In this document: positions 1-11,457 of the stretch, in pieces
Layout: the number at the start of each line of letters is the position of its first letter
Numbering within the stretch: the stretch's first letter is position 1
NCBI GenBank assembly: GCA_033765135.1
Contig: JANRII010000058.1
Span: forward strand, 2,982-66,981
Direction: 5' to 3'
Length of the DNA: 64,000 nt
From: Pseudanabaenaceae cyanobacterium bins.39
Lineage (GTDB): Bacteria > Cyanobacteriota > Cyanobacteriia > Pseudanabaenales > Pseudanabaenaceae
Notes under the pieces: model-generated
What the model was told of the DNA's origin: nothing
The model's input: only the letters and a program-made list of their open reading frames with translations
Database searches by the model: none
Program-made: the position numbers and the translations under genes

Positions 1-443
1 ACATTCTAGTTCAGGGAAATGTCGAAAAAGAATTATTTAGGATTGTCCAACTTTGGCAAAATAGATCGATTATGGAAAGCTGGTCTTGGACGGATGGATC
101 GACCATTTATGATTTAATTTCTAGTGTATTCCGTCAACCTCACAAATGGCTACAGCCAGACCAAGGCTCTTATAAGAAATGGCTGATAGAAAATGTGTAT
201 CTAAATGTAATAACTCTTGAATTAGGCAAGATTGAGGCTCCGTCTTTGTTTGGATTTCAAATTGCTCAAGACTTGATGCGTCTCGAATGGAATAATGTCC
301 AAACAATTCAAATTCAGCGCGAAATCCAAATCATTGATGATTTATCTAAACAACTTGCTATGATAGATCAAGATTTTTACCAAGAGCTTGATAAAAAAAT
401 CTTGATAGCTATCAAAGATCGAGAACCTAAAGGTGATAACTAA
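1..443 (+). CDS. hypothetical protein, 5'-truncated by the window edge
   Basis: The frame of ORF 72..443 is open back to position 3 (ILVQGNVEKELFRIVQLWQNRSI-MESW...); no family recognised. Confidence 0.6.
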   Translation, partial: ILVQGNVEKELFRIVQLWQNRSIMESWSWTDGSTIYDLISSVFRQPHKWLQPDQGSYKKWLIENVYLNVITLELGKIEAPSLFGFQIAQDLMRLEWNNVQTIQIQREIQIIDDLSKQLAMIDQDFYQELDKKILIAIKDREPKGDN

Positions 444-561
444 ATATTTTTGAGTTGCGATCACATTCGATTTTCTGAGAATAATATTGAATCGTGAGCG
501 ATATATCCTGACGAACCTCCACCAATAAAGCTTTTGGCATTGCATAATTAAGTACGAATAG

Positions 562-1425
562 ATGAAATTACAAACCGTCAACCGCGACTCTCTATTTACT
601 AGTCTCGATTTCCGCTCAAAATTAGTGATGGTCATCGCGATTACAGCGATCGCCTTCCTTTGGGAAAGCCCCATTGCCAATTTCGCCCTGTTAGTGAGTG
701 TCGCGATCGCCTGTCTCTGGGCAGGAGTGCGGCTCAATTATTTAGGAAATCTATTAAAGGTGATGATTCCCTTTTATCTTTTTCTAGTGATTAGTATGGG
801 CTTCTTTAATATAGAGCAGGTCAAACTATTAATTAACAAGCCAAATCTGACTCCTCTATTTAGTTTTCCTAGCGCTTGGTGGTGGATTGGTGGCGCAACC
901 ATGAGCCTTGAAGGAGTCCTCTATGGTCTCAACATTGTTTGCAAAACCTTAACCATGATCTTAGTAATTCCCTTAGCCATATTTACCACCGATGTTAATG
1001 CCATGACGGTGGGCATGGTACGCGCCAAGATTCCTTACAAAGTAGTTTTCATCTTTTCGTCAACCCTGCGATTTGTCCCCTTACTCTTAGAAGAAGTAAA
1101 TTTGATTATCGAATCACAGCGATTAAGGGGCTTGAATTTTGAAAAAATGGGACTACTCAAAAAGGCTCAAGTCTATGCCAGAGTTGCTATTCCCCTAATC
1201 TTAAATTCTTTGGCTAAATCACAAAAATTGGAAATCGTTTTGCAATCTAAGGGATTCTCAGGCAGTTCGCAACGTACCTATCTGCATGAATCCGTACTTA
1301 CCAAGGTCGACTACGGTTTAATGATTGGCTCTAGCTTCCTGCTAATCATGGCGATCGCCCTCTATATTACGATGGATGTCGGCAAATTTTCATGGTTGCT
1401 AGACACAGCTATCCCAATTCTATGA
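562..1425 (+). CDS. ecfT: ECF transporter transmembrane (T) component, EcfT/CbiQ family
   Basis: N-terminal LDFRSKL, several TM helices, conserved coupling motifs LRFVPLL..E...I..SQRLRG and LQSKGF. Confidence 0.88.
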   Translation: MKLQTVNRDSLFTSLDFRSKLVMVIAITAIAFLWESPIANFALLVSVAIACLWAGVRLNYLGNLLKVMIPFYLFLVISMGFFNIEQVKLLINKPNLTPLFSFPSAWWWIGGATMSLEGVLYGLNIVCKTLTMILVIPLAIFTTDVNAMTVGMVRAKIPYKVVFIFSSTLRFVPLLLEEVNLIIESQRLRGLNFEKMGLLKKAQVYARVAIPLILNSLAKSQKLEIVLQSKGFSGSSQRTYLHESVLTKVDYGLMIGSSFLLIMAIALYITMDVGKFSWLLDTAIPIL

Positions 1426-1544
1426 ATGGATTAGCTAATTTTAGCTAGAGTTAACCGTTCTTAGACTTGACATCTTGTCTAGCAAACGAGACAACCTCCA
1501 TTTTTAGGCTTTAATTAACTTGAGCGCCTTCATCAAAAAATATT

Positions 1545-2519
1545 ATGAAACTAGCATTTATTATCGATCCGATCGCTAACCTCAATCCAGCCCATGATAC
1601 CAGTGTGGCACTAATGGAAGCGGCTTGCCGCCAAGGACATCAAGTATTCATCACGCAAATGCAGACCCTCAGTATTAAAGATGGTCAAGCATGGGCATTT
1701 TTGCAACCTGTGCAAATTTATGCCATTTCTTCAGTAGAGGGCAAATGGCAAGTTCCCAATCCTTGGTATGAGGTGACAGAGGGTGAGTTTGCATCCTTAG
1801 AAACTATGGATTTTGTGTGGATGCGTCCCGATCCTCCCGTGACGATTGATTATCTTTATGCTACCTATATTCTCGATTACGTCAATCCCAATAAAACCAG
1901 AGTTCTCAATGCTCCGCAGGGTATCCGAGCAGCTAATGAGAAGATGTACGCTTTGCAATTTACCAAGGCAATTCCCAAAACCATTGTTTCAGCTAATAAG
2001 AATGTAATTCATGAGTTTGTGGCAGATCAAGGGAAAGCCGTAATGAAGCCCCTCGGTGGCAAAGGAGGTGAAGGGATTTTGTTTCTAGAGACTGGCGATC
2101 GCAATATTAATTCTCTGATCGAAATTAGTACTAATATCGGCAAAACACCTGTGATGGTACAGGAGTATTTACCTGCTGCCCAAGAAGGCGATAAACGGAT
2201 TATTCTGCTCGATGGTGAGCCTATTGGTGCAGTCAATCGCATTCCCAAATCTGGCGAATTTCGTGGCAATATGGCGGCGGGAGGCAGTGCGGCAAAGGTG
2301 GATATTACCGATCGCGAAAGAGAGATTTGCTCCTATCTTGCGCCAACTCTGAGGCGTGATGGTTTGGTGTTTGTGGGGATTGATGTAATTGGCGGCTACC
2401 TGACGGAGGTGAATGTCACTAGTCCAACGGGTGCGCGTGAGATTGATCTGTTTGATGGTATATCCATTGGCGATCGGGTCATGGATTGGCTAAGTGCCAA
2501 TTTGCCAAGTACCAAATAA
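1545..2519 (+). CDS. gshB: glutathione synthetase
   Basis: MKLAFIIDPI..HDTSVALM, MRPDPP, NEKMY, KPLGGKGGEG, GDKRI, RGNMAAGG, EVNVTSPTG. Confidence 0.97.
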   Translation: MKLAFIIDPIANLNPAHDTSVALMEAACRQGHQVFITQMQTLSIKDGQAWAFLQPVQIYAISSVEGKWQVPNPWYEVTEGEFASLETMDFVWMRPDPPVTIDYLYATYILDYVNPNKTRVLNAPQGIRAANEKMYALQFTKAIPKTIVSANKNVIHEFVADQGKAVMKPLGGKGGEGILFLETGDRNINSLIEISTNIGKTPVMVQEYLPAAQEGDKRIILLDGEPIGAVNRIPKSGEFRGNMAAGGSAAKVDITDREREICSYLAPTLRRDGLVFVGIDVIGGYLTEVNVTSPTGAREIDLFDGISIGDRVMDWLSANLPSTK

Positions 2520-2749
2520 ATTTATTCTAATACCAATTTTCTCTTCTTTCTTCATCTTCCTTATCCCGAACTCACATTAGATAAGGTGCGTTACATTCCA
2601 TTAGCGCACCCTAAAAGATTTGGGTTACAAGCCCCGTAACATGTAGGCGGTGAAGCTGTCGGCGACTAGGGCGATCGCAATCAAGCAATCAATAGCATCG
2701 CACTATGCTAATTTACTTAATTACCTCCATCAATTTATTAGTTCTGTTA

Positions 2750-2938
2750 ATGAAATCAACTCTTTTAGTTCTGCAACTATTTCTCTTGTCAGCGATGATC
2801 TCCGCCTTCATCAAATATATTGCTCCCCAATGGGTTGTAGTAGAAGGAATGTCCGCCGATTTGATCAGCGCGATCGCTCTGTACGCGATCACCATACCCG
2901 TTGGTCTATTTGCCTTTATCCTTTGGCTAAATCGTTAG
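2750..2938 (+). CDS. small two-TM membrane protein
   Basis: Hydrophobic ORF (track start 2705, ATG at 2750 preferred); SAFIKY.AP pattern resembles conserved small cyanobacterial proteins; 4-nt convergent overlap with the next gene. Confidence 0.6.
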   Translation: MKSTLLVLQLFLLSAMISAFIKYIAPQWVVVEGMSADLISAIALYAITIPVGLFAFILWLNR

Positions 2939-4065
2939 TTTGTAGTTAGAGTGGAAATAACATCACTTCCTGAAACCGTTACCGTCTGTTGCTCAAGATT
3001 AGCCACAGCGCGATCGCCTTGGACGCTAAAATTACGCTCAGGTTGTTGATAATTGATATTGCCACTCGCCGTAATTGTCTTGTCTGGAATTACCCATTCC
3101 ACCATATCAGCCCGTACCAAGCCCTGTGTTGATTGAATACTCGCTGCCACCTGACCCGTTAGCATAATTCTTTCTTCTTTCAAAAGAGCCTCTCCCTTTT
3201 GAGCATTGATTTCCACACCTCGACTTTTGCTGGTGGCGGTAAAAGGTTCAGGCAGAGTTACTAAGCCTTTCTCTAAGTTCCATGAAGCTTGTGTTGCCTG
3301 CAAATCGATATCAAGCTGTGGATCTTTAGCCTTAATTTCACCAACTAAGGATACCTGTTTTTTATTAATATCCCAACTGCCCTGACTAGCTTGCACTTGC
3401 AATTTATTCTTAACCTGAATCACCGATAGCGGCACTTTAGAAGATACTTGACCTTTTTTTGCCTCCCAAGTGATCTTTTCACTTTTTAGCTCTAAGGGAG
3501 GATCGATAGTGGTAACTATGACATTTTTCTCCAAGCTATAGATATCAGCACTGGGTTGCGCCGTCATTTGTCTCCCTGTCATTGTGATGTTGTCGGCTGT
3601 GCGTTTGATTTCCACATTACCAGTGGCTTGGAGGCGATCTGCTTCCGAGTCCCAGATCATCTGTTCCGCTTTCATATTGATTTTTTCTTGCACAGCCGTT
3701 GCCAGAATATTGCCTTCTATGGAAATCTGCCGCGAAACTTGATTGATCGTTCCGCGATCGCCAGTCGCCTCCATCAGCAACTCGCCATTGCGATAAAACT
3801 TACCTTGCAGTTGTTGAACATCGGCAATCTTGCGATCTTCCCGATAGTCTGCCTGCTTAGAAGTAATTTCCCAGAGCAGCTTACCCTCCGTATCAAATTC
3901 AGTCACCGTAATATTAAGTAAGGAAGATCCCGCTACCTGTGCCGTTTTGTTCAGACTAGTGATGGGTGGGCGCAAAAAAATAAACCAACCCAAGCCCAAC
4001 ACAAAGGCTGTCACCATTGCGACTAGGATAAACAAGCGAATATTACGGCGACTGAAGATGTGCAT
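2935..4065 (-). CDS. lptC: LPS export periplasmic protein, LptC/OstA-like beta-jellyroll repeats
   Basis: N-terminal TM anchor followed by repeated beta-rich units (GKLLWEITSKQADY, AEQMIWD, ASQGSWD). Confidence 0.8.
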   Translation of the reverse strand: MHIFSRRNIRLFILVAMVTAFVLGLGWFIFLRPPITSLNKTAQVAGSSLLNITVTEFDTEGKLLWEITSKQADYREDRKIADVQQLQGKFYRNGELLMEATGDRGTINQVSRQISIEGNILATAVQEKINMKAEQMIWDSEADRLQATGNVEIKRTADNITMTGRQMTAQPSADIYSLEKNVIVTTIDPPLELKSEKITWEAKKGQVSSKVPLSVIQVKNKLQVQASQGSWDINKKQVSLVGEIKAKDPQLDIDLQATQASWNLEKGLVTLPEPFTATSKSRGVEINAQKGEALLKEERIMLTGQVAASIQSTQGLVRADMVEWVIPDKTITASGNINYQQPERNFSVQGDRAVANLEQQTVTVSGSDVISTLTTN

Positions 4066-4080
4066 GATGAATTGTAAGAA

Positions 4081-5169
4081 TTAAGATTTCAGGTCGGGAA
4101 ATGTCTCAGCTACCGCCGCATAGGTGATCCTACCGCGATGAATATTTAGCCCCTTTGCCAAATGACGATCGCGCTCTAGGGCATCGAGACCAAAATCAGC
4201 TAACGCACAGACATAGGGCATGGTGGCATTAACTAGGGCTTGGGTGGCTGTCCAAGGCACTGCCCCCGGCATATTAGGGACACCGTAATGCAGCGCTCCC
4301 GCTTCTTCATAAACTGGATGACTGTGGGAGGTGGGGCGTACAGTTTCAATACATCCCCCCTGATCCACTGCCACATCGACAATGACCGATCGCGATCGCA
4401 TTTGTTGCACTAGCTCCCGTTTAACGAGGGTGGGGGCGCGTTTGCCTGCAACTAATACAGCCCCAATTACCAGATCGGCGGTCTGGACTGCCTCCGCAAT
4501 ATTACTCGCATTGCTACAAAGGGTCTGCACCCTAGAGCCAAACAGGTCTTCTAGCTCGCTAAGACGCTGAAGGTTGACATCTAAGATTGTCACCCTAGCA
4601 CCTAGACCGATCGCCATGCGAGCCGCCTCCGTCCCCACGACACCCCCGCCTAAAACCACCACATGTCCTGATCTCACCCCTGGGATACCGCCCAACAGCA
4701 CCCCACTACCTCCCTGCTGCTTAGTGAGATAATGTGCGCCAAACTGCACTGAAAGTCGCCCTGCAATCATACTCATCGGTACTAGCAGAGGCAACTGACC
4801 ATTATCTAGCTGCACAGTTTCATAGGCAATGCAGGTGGCTCCAGACTTGATTAGGGCTTCAGTCAACTGGCGATCGGCGGCAAGGTGGAGATAGGTAAAT
4901 AAAATCAAGTTTGGATGTAGTAGCGCATATTCTGGTGGCAGAGGCTCCTTGACCTTTACCACCATCTCCTGAGCATAGACCTCCTGAGCCGTTGTCACAA
5001 TTTTGGCTCCTGCGGCCACATAGTCAGCATCGCTAAATCCTGAACCATCACCTGCCCCAGCCTGCACATAGACTTGGTGCGATCGCTTAGTCAGGGTCAG
5101 CACTGCCGCAGGAGTAAGACCCACTCGATATTCTTGATCTTTAATCTCTTTGGGTACGCCGATATGCAC
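4081..5169 (-). CDS. ald: alanine dehydrogenase
   Basis: [53 protein letters not shown]. Confidence 0.97.
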   Translation of the reverse strand: MHIGVPKEIKDQEYRVGLTPAAVLTLTKRSHQVYVQAGAGDGSGFSDADYVAAGAKIVTTAQEVYAQEMVVKVKEPLPPEYALLHPNLILFTYLHLAADRQLTEALIKSGATCIAYETVQLDNGQLPLLVPMSMIAGRLSVQFGAHYLTKQQGGSGVLLGGIPGVRSGHVVVLGGGVVGTEAARMAIGLGARVTILDVNLQRLSELEDLFGSRVQTLCSNASNIAEAVQTADLVIGAVLVAGKRAPTLVKRELVQQMRSRSVIVDVAVDQGGCIETVRPTSHSHPVYEEAGALHYGVPNMPGAVPWTATQALVNATMPYVCALADFGLDALERDRHLAKGLNIHRGRITYAAVAETFPDLKS

Positions 5170-5204
5170 GGTGATTTGCTCCTAATTTTTGGAATGTTAC
5201 CCAT

Positions 5205-5840
5205 TTAGTTAAATGTGTCTTTGAGGACTGTGCGTGCGGCTAGTTGACTGCGTGTGGAGGAGAGAATCTCCGCTTCGCGGCGTAGTCTTGCGGCTGTATC
5301 ACAGGTTTCTAAAAGTGACTGCTGCTCTAGGCTGGCTCCTTGGAAGTTGCTGGCAACCCAGTAAGATAGCTCAATGGGACTTCTTGGAATCTTCGGAATT
5401 TCAATTTCTTGATCAGTCAGCTTTTGCGATAGCCGAATGACATCATTGAGTAATTCACGGACTTCCGTTGCCAATAAAAAAGGCGCATCACTGCTCGGTT
5501 CATCTTCGATCCACTCAACTAGACCGACACGATAGGGAGTTTCACGGATATATTCTAAGACGCGAAATCTTTGTTGTCCCATAGTCAAAAGCTTGAAGCG
5601 ATCATCTGGTAAGCGATGATATTGCACTATTTGGGCAACACAACCAACATTTGCAGGTTTGCCAGTCTCGGAATCCCACATTAGTACCCCGAAGCAGCGA
5701 TCGCTTTCTAAGACCGTGTTGATCATCATGCGATAGCGATACTCGAAAATATGCAAAGGTAATGACTGGCCTGGAAACAATACCAATTCTGGTAATGGGA
5801 ATAGAGGCAGTTCACGAACTGAGATCGATGATGAAGTCAT
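5205..5840 (-). CDS. Lon protease substrate-binding (LON_N) domain protein
   Basis: ELPLFPLPELVLFPGQSLPLHIFEYRYRMM; no AAA or protease domain; ATG at 5840 preferred to track start 5858. Confidence 0.9.
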   Translation of the reverse strand: MTSSSISVRELPLFPLPELVLFPGQSLPLHIFEYRYRMMINTVLESDRCFGVLMWDSETGKPANVGCVAQIVQYHRLPDDRFKLLTMGQQRFRVLEYIRETPYRVGLVEWIEDEPSSDAPFLLATEVRELLNDVIRLSQKLTDQEIEIPKIPRSPIELSYWVASNFQGASLEQQSLLETCDTAARLRREAEILSSTRSQLAARTVLKDTFN

Positions 5841-5935
5841 TGTTGCTAAACTTGGCAATAGTGAAGACGTTTTACCTAGTTTATCCGTTAACCGCTAAAG
5901 CCTGTTGGTAAATCTGAGCATTTTTAAGGATTTTA

Positions 5936-7024
5936 TTAAGGATTTTCCTTTGGCGATCGCAATGTCTTAGTCTTAATTCGCATCCATACTTTCCAGCAGG
6001 CATAGAGCATTAGTAAGGTACTGATGGCGGCATAGGTTCCCCCCGCAGGCATACCCGATACTGCCATCGCAATACTGCCCACCCATAGGGTGAGGGAATA
6101 GATAAATAAGACCGTTAATCGTTTGGAAACGCCAGCCTTGACCAAGCGATGATGTAAATGCTGATTACCTGCCGCCATCGGTGACTCCCCCCTACCAATA
6201 CGCTGCAAGATCACCACAGTCGCATCCACAATCGGCACAGCCAAAATGACATAGGGCAAAATTAGGGCAACGGTTGCTACGGATTTGACCAAACCAATTA
6301 CACTCACCCCCGCAAGGGTAAACCCTAAGAAATAAGCCCCACCATCGCCCATAAAGATCTCAGCAGAACTCTTGGGCTTGAAGTTATAGCGTAAAAATCC
6401 TAAACATCCCCCTGCCAAAGCTGCCGCAATCAGCGCTGCCGCAGGTTGTTTCATAAAAAGGCTCGTAATTAAAATCACTGCCGCCGCGATCGTGGTTACT
6501 CCTGCCGCTAGACCATCTAGGCCATCAATCCAATTGATCGCATTAGCCATTCCCGATAACCAAATCATCGTGATCGGTAAGCTCAACCACCCAAACTTAA
6601 TAATGCCTAAAAAAGGAATAGAAATAAAATCAATTCTGACCCCCACTCGCCAAGCTGCCGCCGAAACTGCTAACTGGGCTAATAGCCTTGGTAGAGGGGG
6701 CAAATTAAATAGGTCATCGGCAAAGCCGATTAGAAAAAAGGCAGCACCGCCGATGGTTACTCCCCAAACTTCATACTCCCTTGCTTGCGGTAAGATGCCA
6801 AACCAGCCAGCGCTCCAGACCAACAGTAAAGCACTAACACTTCCCAAAAAAATGGCAACTCCACCCACCCTGACTACAGGTGTGATATGCATTTTGCGAC
6901 TATTAGGGCGATCGACTAGACCCGCTTTTAGTCCAAAATAGCGAATTATCGGTGTGAGAAGCCAAACTGCGATCGCGGAAACTGCAAAGGCGATCAGGTA
7001 AGGGGTAGCATTGGGGTGCAGCAT
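5936..7024 (-). CDS. MraY/WecA (TagO-like) undecaprenyl-phosphate sugar-1-phosphate transferase
   Basis: GFADD, NAINWIDGLDGLA, IFMGDGGA, HLHHRL motifs; many TM helices. Confidence 0.92.
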   Translation of the reverse strand: MLHPNATPYLIAFAVSAIAVWLLTPIIRYFGLKAGLVDRPNSRKMHITPVVRVGGVAIFLGSVSALLLVWSAGWFGILPQAREYEVWGVTIGGAAFFLIGFADDLFNLPPLPRLLAQLAVSAAAWRVGVRIDFISIPFLGIIKFGWLSLPITMIWLSGMANAINWIDGLDGLAAGVTTIAAAVILITSLFMKQPAAALIAAALAGGCLGFLRYNFKPKSSAEIFMGDGGAYFLGFTLAGVSVIGLVKSVATVALILPYVILAVPIVDATVVILQRIGRGESPMAAGNQHLHHRLVKAGVSKRLTVLFIYSLTLWVGSIAMAVSGMPAGGTYAAISTLLMLYACWKVWMRIKTKTLRSPKENP

Positions 7025-7421
7025 TACAAAATTTAGTTACCTTAGATGGGTGGATGATTGGATGGAGGATGGGCAGCAAATAACTAGCACAAAATTTGGA
7101 CTCGCTAAATTATGCTTGCAAGCATAGCATTGGATTGTTGGAGTTAATAACCAGATTCCGCAAATAAGCTTAGACCAAATCTAAAAATAGTTCTGCTTTT
7201 TCAAATTAAAAAATCCTTCATTTTAAAAATCTGTAATGTTTTTTCCATCAAGCAATTTGCGGAGTTTTGCAATTTTTCATGCTATGAGATGTAGGCTTGA
7301 TCAGAAAAATTGATAAAATTAGGAATGAATGACGGTTTTCCGTCTCACGAATAACCTCAATATTTATAGATATCTAGAGATATCTTTTGTAGAATTTAAA
7401 CATTTAATTGCAGTAATAGCT

Positions 7422-8654
7422 ATGAGAGACTCAAACCGAAAATCTCGTTACAAGCAACCTCTAATTTATGCCTCAATGCTACTGTTAGGGGTTATTTTAG
7501 GCGCTTGGGCAGTTGTATCGGGGGTGCGATCTCCGAGCATGACGACAGTAACCCCTCTGCCCCAAGTCGCCTCAATATCTCCAGTCATTGCCCAGAATGC
7601 TGATCGGGAGAAATCCATTGCTGCTCCTCACAACTATGTGGTTGATGCCGTCAATCGCACAGGGCCTGCGGTGGTCAGGATCAATGCTTCACGCACTGTT
7701 GCCAACAATCAGCAAATTCCTGAAGTTTTTTTAGAAGATCCGATGTTTCGCCAGTTCTTTGGTGATCAGTTGCGGCGGATGCCCAAGGAACGGGTTGAAC
7801 GCGGTACTGGATCTGGTTTTATCATCAATAAAGATGGCGATATTATTACCAATGCCCATGTGGTGAGTGGTGCTGATAAGGTAACTGTCATCCTCAAGGA
7901 TGGCCGCCAAATAGAAGGTAAGGTGTTGGGTAGTGATGAGTTGACTGATATTGCCGTAATTCAGGTCAAGTCTGATAATTTGCCAACGGTTAGTATTGGT
8001 AGCTCTCAAAATTTACAGCCTGGGGACTGGGCGATCGCGATCGGTAATCCCCTCGGTTTAGATAACACCGTTACCTCAGGTATTATCAGTGCGATCGGAC
8101 GTAATAGTGGTCAAATTGGGGTTGATAAGCGAGTTAGCTTTATTCAAACCGATGCGGCGATTAATCCTGGTAACTCTGGTGGCCCTCTACTAAACCAAAA
8201 TGGTGAAGTTATCGGTGTGAATACGGCCATTATTCAAGGCGCTCAAGGTCTGGGCTTTTCCATTCCTATTGAAACTGCCCAACGCATTGCCAAGCAATTA
8301 ATTGAAAATGGCAAAGTTAGCCGCGCCTATGTAGGTATTCAAATGGTTACACTTAACCCCAGTATCAAGCAGCAAGCCAATGAAGATCCTAATCTTGGTA
8401 TTCAAGTTACTGAGGAGAAGGGTGTACTGGTAACGAGGGTGGTTACAGACGCACCTGCGGCTAAGGCAGGCTTAAAGCGAGGTGATGTAATTACTAAGTT
8501 TGACAACCAAGAAGTTTTGTCGGCGGAGCAAGTAACTCAACTGGTTGAAGCTCGCAAGGTGGGCGATCGCATTCCTGTTGAAGTAAAGCGTGACGGTCAA
8601 AAGATTAGCCTTAATATTGAGGCGACACAATTTCCGCAGCGATTCCCTGAATAA
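7422..8654 (+). CDS. HtrA/HhoA-family serine protease with PDZ domain
   Basis: GSGFI..TNAHVV, DIAVI, QTDAAINPGNSGGPL triad motifs plus C-terminal PDZ; ATG 7422 preferred to 7329. Confidence 0.95.
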   Translation: MRDSNRKSRYKQPLIYASMLLLGVILGAWAVVSGVRSPSMTTVTPLPQVASISPVIAQNADREKSIAAPHNYVVDAVNRTGPAVVRINASRTVANNQQIPEVFLEDPMFRQFFGDQLRRMPKERVERGTGSGFIINKDGDIITNAHVVSGADKVTVILKDGRQIEGKVLGSDELTDIAVIQVKSDNLPTVSIGSSQNLQPGDWAIAIGNPLGLDNTVTSGIISAIGRNSGQIGVDKRVSFIQTDAAINPGNSGGPLLNQNGEVIGVNTAIIQGAQGLGFSIPIETAQRIAKQLIENGKVSRAYVGIQMVTLNPSIKQQANEDPNLGIQVTEEKGVLVTRVVTDAPAAKAGLKRGDVITKFDNQEVLSAEQVTQLVEARKVGDRIPVEVKRDGQKISLNIEATQFPQRFPE

Positions 8655-8671
8655 ATTCAAATTATTTGATG

Positions 8672-8716
8672 ACAGAAAATCCTGAAAGTCGCGATGCGAT
8701 TTTTAGGATTTTCTGT
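8672..8716. terminator. long hairpin after the htrA-like gene, probable intrinsic terminator
   Basis: ACAGAAAATCCT ... AGGATTTTCTGT arms enclosing GTCGC-GAT-GCGAT. Confidence 0.6.
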
Positions 8717-8794
8717 TATTTTTCTGGATTTTATTGGGCAGCAGCGCTATGCTATAGCGGTCTTAAATTATGTGTAAGTGTCGTTGACTTCACT

Positions 8795-10273
8795 ATGAGT
8801 AATTCATCCAATTCCGATGATCTACAACAGTACGATCTGACTGCTCCTAAGTTAACTTTTTTAGAGAAACTTGCCTATGGAGCAGGTGATCTAGGGACGG
8901 CAATTACTACTAATTTGCTGTCTTTTTTTCTGCTGTTTTTCTTTACTAATGTGGCAGGACTAGATCCAGCGCTTGCGGGGATGGTGTTGTTAATTGGTAA
9001 GGTGTGGGATGCGGTGAATGATCCCATTGTTGGTATTCTGAGCGATCGCACTCATTCTAAGCTCGGTCGCCGATTACCTTGGATGTTATACGGTGCATTA
9101 CCTTTGGGACTTTCATTCTTTGGCCAGTGGTTAGTGCCGAGTACCGATAAGACTGTGCTGTTTTGGTATTATGTGGCGATCGGTGTCCTGTTTAATACTT
9201 TCTACACGGCTGTTAATCTGCCCTATACGGCTCTCACTCCTGAAATTACTCAAGACTATAACGAACGGACAACTTTAAATGGTTTTCGGTTTAGTTTTTC
9301 GATTGGTGGTAGCATTCTGTCTTTGTTGATCGCGCAAGTAATTTTTGCTTTTTTTAAAAATCCTAATCCTCAAGCGAATAGTTGTGATACGGGTGGTACG
9401 CAATATATTGTGTTAGGTGCAATTTGTGCGGTGATTACCGTTGTGGCTACTTACTGGTGTGTTTGGGGGATCAAGCGCAGGGCGATCGCCAGTCATCGGC
9501 AAATGCAAATAGCCAGCCAGCCAGAATCAAGCGATCGCATCAGTATTTTTGAGCAAATCAAAATTGTCTTTAGGAACCGTCCTTTTCTTTATGTAATCGG
9601 TATTTACTTTAGTTCTTGGCTGTCGTTGCAGATCACCGCATCGATCATTCCTTACTTTGTGGTGAATTGGATGCAAATGCAGGAAAATGACTTTATTTTG
9701 GTCACGATCGCTGTCCAAGGTACTGCTCTTTTGATGCTATCGGTATGGAGTGCCATCAGCAGACGATTTGGCAAAAAAGCAACGTACTTTATGGGCGGTG
9801 GATTATGGATTATTGCTCAAGCAGGGTTATTCTTTTTGCAACCAGGACAAGTGACCTTACTTTACATACTAGCGGTGATGGCTGGCTGTGGCGTATCTAC
9901 TGCTTACTTAATCCCTTGGTCGATGATTCCTGATGTCACTGACCTCGATGAGCTAGAGACAGGTAAACGCCGCGAAGGGATTTTCTATGCCTTTATGGTG
10001 CTGTTACAAAAATTTGGACTCGCCGCAGGCTTATTTATGCTTGGTCAAGGACTTGCATGGGCTAAGTTTCAAGAAAAGGTCGCCTGCCAACCAGCACCGA
10101 TTCAGCCTGAATCAGCCCTCTTTGCCATTCGTGTCGCGATCGGCCCTCTACCCACGATCGCCTTGATTATTGGTCTTGTTCTTGCCTATTTTTATCCGAT
10201 TACGCAGGAAGTTCATACCGAAATTTTAATGCGTTTGGCGGAACGCAAGCGACAAAATCAAGGTGAATCCTAA
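8795..10273 (+). CDS. MFS transporter, GPH (MelB-like glycoside-pentoside-hexuronide:cation) family
   Basis: KLAYGAGDLG, WDAVNDPIVGILSDRT.S.LGRR.PW, RREGIFY; ATG 8795 preferred to 8666. Confidence 0.92.
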   Translation: MSNSSNSDDLQQYDLTAPKLTFLEKLAYGAGDLGTAITTNLLSFFLLFFFTNVAGLDPALAGMVLLIGKVWDAVNDPIVGILSDRTHSKLGRRLPWMLYGALPLGLSFFGQWLVPSTDKTVLFWYYVAIGVLFNTFYTAVNLPYTALTPEITQDYNERTTLNGFRFSFSIGGSILSLLIAQVIFAFFKNPNPQANSCDTGGTQYIVLGAICAVITVVATYWCVWGIKRRAIASHRQMQIASQPESSDRISIFEQIKIVFRNRPFLYVIGIYFSSWLSLQITASIIPYFVVNWMQMQENDFILVTIAVQGTALLMLSVWSAISRRFGKKATYFMGGGLWIIAQAGLFFLQPGQVTLLYILAVMAGCGVSTAYLIPWSMIPDVTDLDELETGKRREGIFYAFMVLLQKFGLAAGLFMLGQGLAWAKFQEKVACQPAPIQPESALFAIRVAIGPLPTIALIIGLVLAYFYPITQEVHTEILMRLAERKRQNQGES

Positions 10274-10307
10274 TGTGGGGTTTGGGCAAAGCCTTCCTAT
10301 AGATAAA

Positions 10308-11342
10308 CTACTCTCCTTTTTTTAAAAAAGATTCCGCCTCCCTAACGTTTTCCACACTGCCAATCACTAAGGGAGTACGCATGTGCAAATAATTGGGAAC
10401 CACATCAAGGATTTCCATATCTCCTGTACTGGCTCTACCCCCAGCCTGCTCCATCAGGAATGCTAAGGGAGCAGACTCGTACAACAAACGCAACTTCCCT
10501 TCAGGATGGCCGATCGCCCCTGGATAAAGGAAAATGCCACCCTGAAAGAGGATGCGATGGATATCTGCCACCAAAGCTCCCGAATAGCGAGCGCTATTTC
10601 CCTTTTGGCGATGGATATGACGGATATATTCTCGCATTGGCTCTTCCCATTGCCAAAAGTTCCCTTCATTAATACTGTAGATGGAACCTTTGGCTGGCAC
10701 TGTGATATTTTCTTGAAATAGAATAAACTCACCAATACTAGGATCGAGGGTAAAGGCATGGACTCCTTTGCCAAGGGAATAGACAAGCATAGTACTTGTA
10801 CCGTAGAGAATATAGCCTGCACCAACCTGTTTGTGTCCAGATTGCAATAGATCTAGTGCTTCGCCAGATTCATCATTGCCCTCTTGCTGACGAATGGCAA
10901 ATATCGAGCCGATCGCTAAATTGACATCAATATTACTAGAGCCATCGATCGGGTCGTACAACAGCGTATATCTACCGATGGGACAGTTTTCGGGAATGTA
11001 ATAGGGCTTTTCCATTTCTTCGGAAGCAAGGCGACAGACTAATCCGCTTTGCTCAAAGGCTCGCAAAAATACGCGGTTAGCGTAGTGATCCATTTTTTTT
11101 ACAGCTTCACCCTGCACATTGGTTTCGCCAGTGACTCCCAACACATTTTCCGCGAGTCCTGCTAGGCTGAGGTGACGAGCGATCGTTTTGCCAGCGAGTC
11201 CAATTCTGCCCATTAAGGCGCTAAGATCGAAGGCTTCGCCAGAAAATGTACCAAATTGTGATAGAACATGCTGCGAAAGGGTCATAAAATCTCGACCCAG
11301 AGCAACCTCTTCGGCGGGCTTGAGTTTGGTAGAATCGATCAT
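10308..11342 (-). CDS. fbp: class I fructose-1,6-bisphosphatase
   Basis: [32 protein letters not shown] motifs. Confidence 0.96.
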   Translation of the reverse strand: MIDSTKLKPAEEVALGRDFMTLSQHVLSQFGTFSGEAFDLSALMGRIGLAGKTIARHLSLAGLAENVLGVTGETNVQGEAVKKMDHYANRVFLRAFEQSGLVCRLASEEMEKPYYIPENCPIGRYTLLYDPIDGSSNIDVNLAIGSIFAIRQQEGNDESGEALDLLQSGHKQVGAGYILYGTSTMLVYSLGKGVHAFTLDPSIGEFILFQENITVPAKGSIYSINEGNFWQWEEPMREYIRHIHRQKGNSARYSGALVADIHRILFQGGIFLYPGAIGHPEGKLRLLYESAPLAFLMEQAGGRASTGDMEILDVVPNYLHMRTPLVIGSVENVREAESFLKKGE

Positions 11343-11457
11343 AACTGCTTAGACCTTGAGTATTGCCGATTTCAGTTTAGTCGATCAATCCTGTTTAACT
11401 GCTTAGTATTCAAGAATTATTAATGTTCTCCCAATTTTCATTCAATTCAGTTTATCC

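Noticed and set aside
2585-2660. Hairpin GGTGCG..CGCACC and GGGTTACAAGCCCCG... resembling an IS200/IS605-type end
   Set aside because: Too short and degenerate, with no tnpA/tnpB nearby; cannot be supported beyond resemblance
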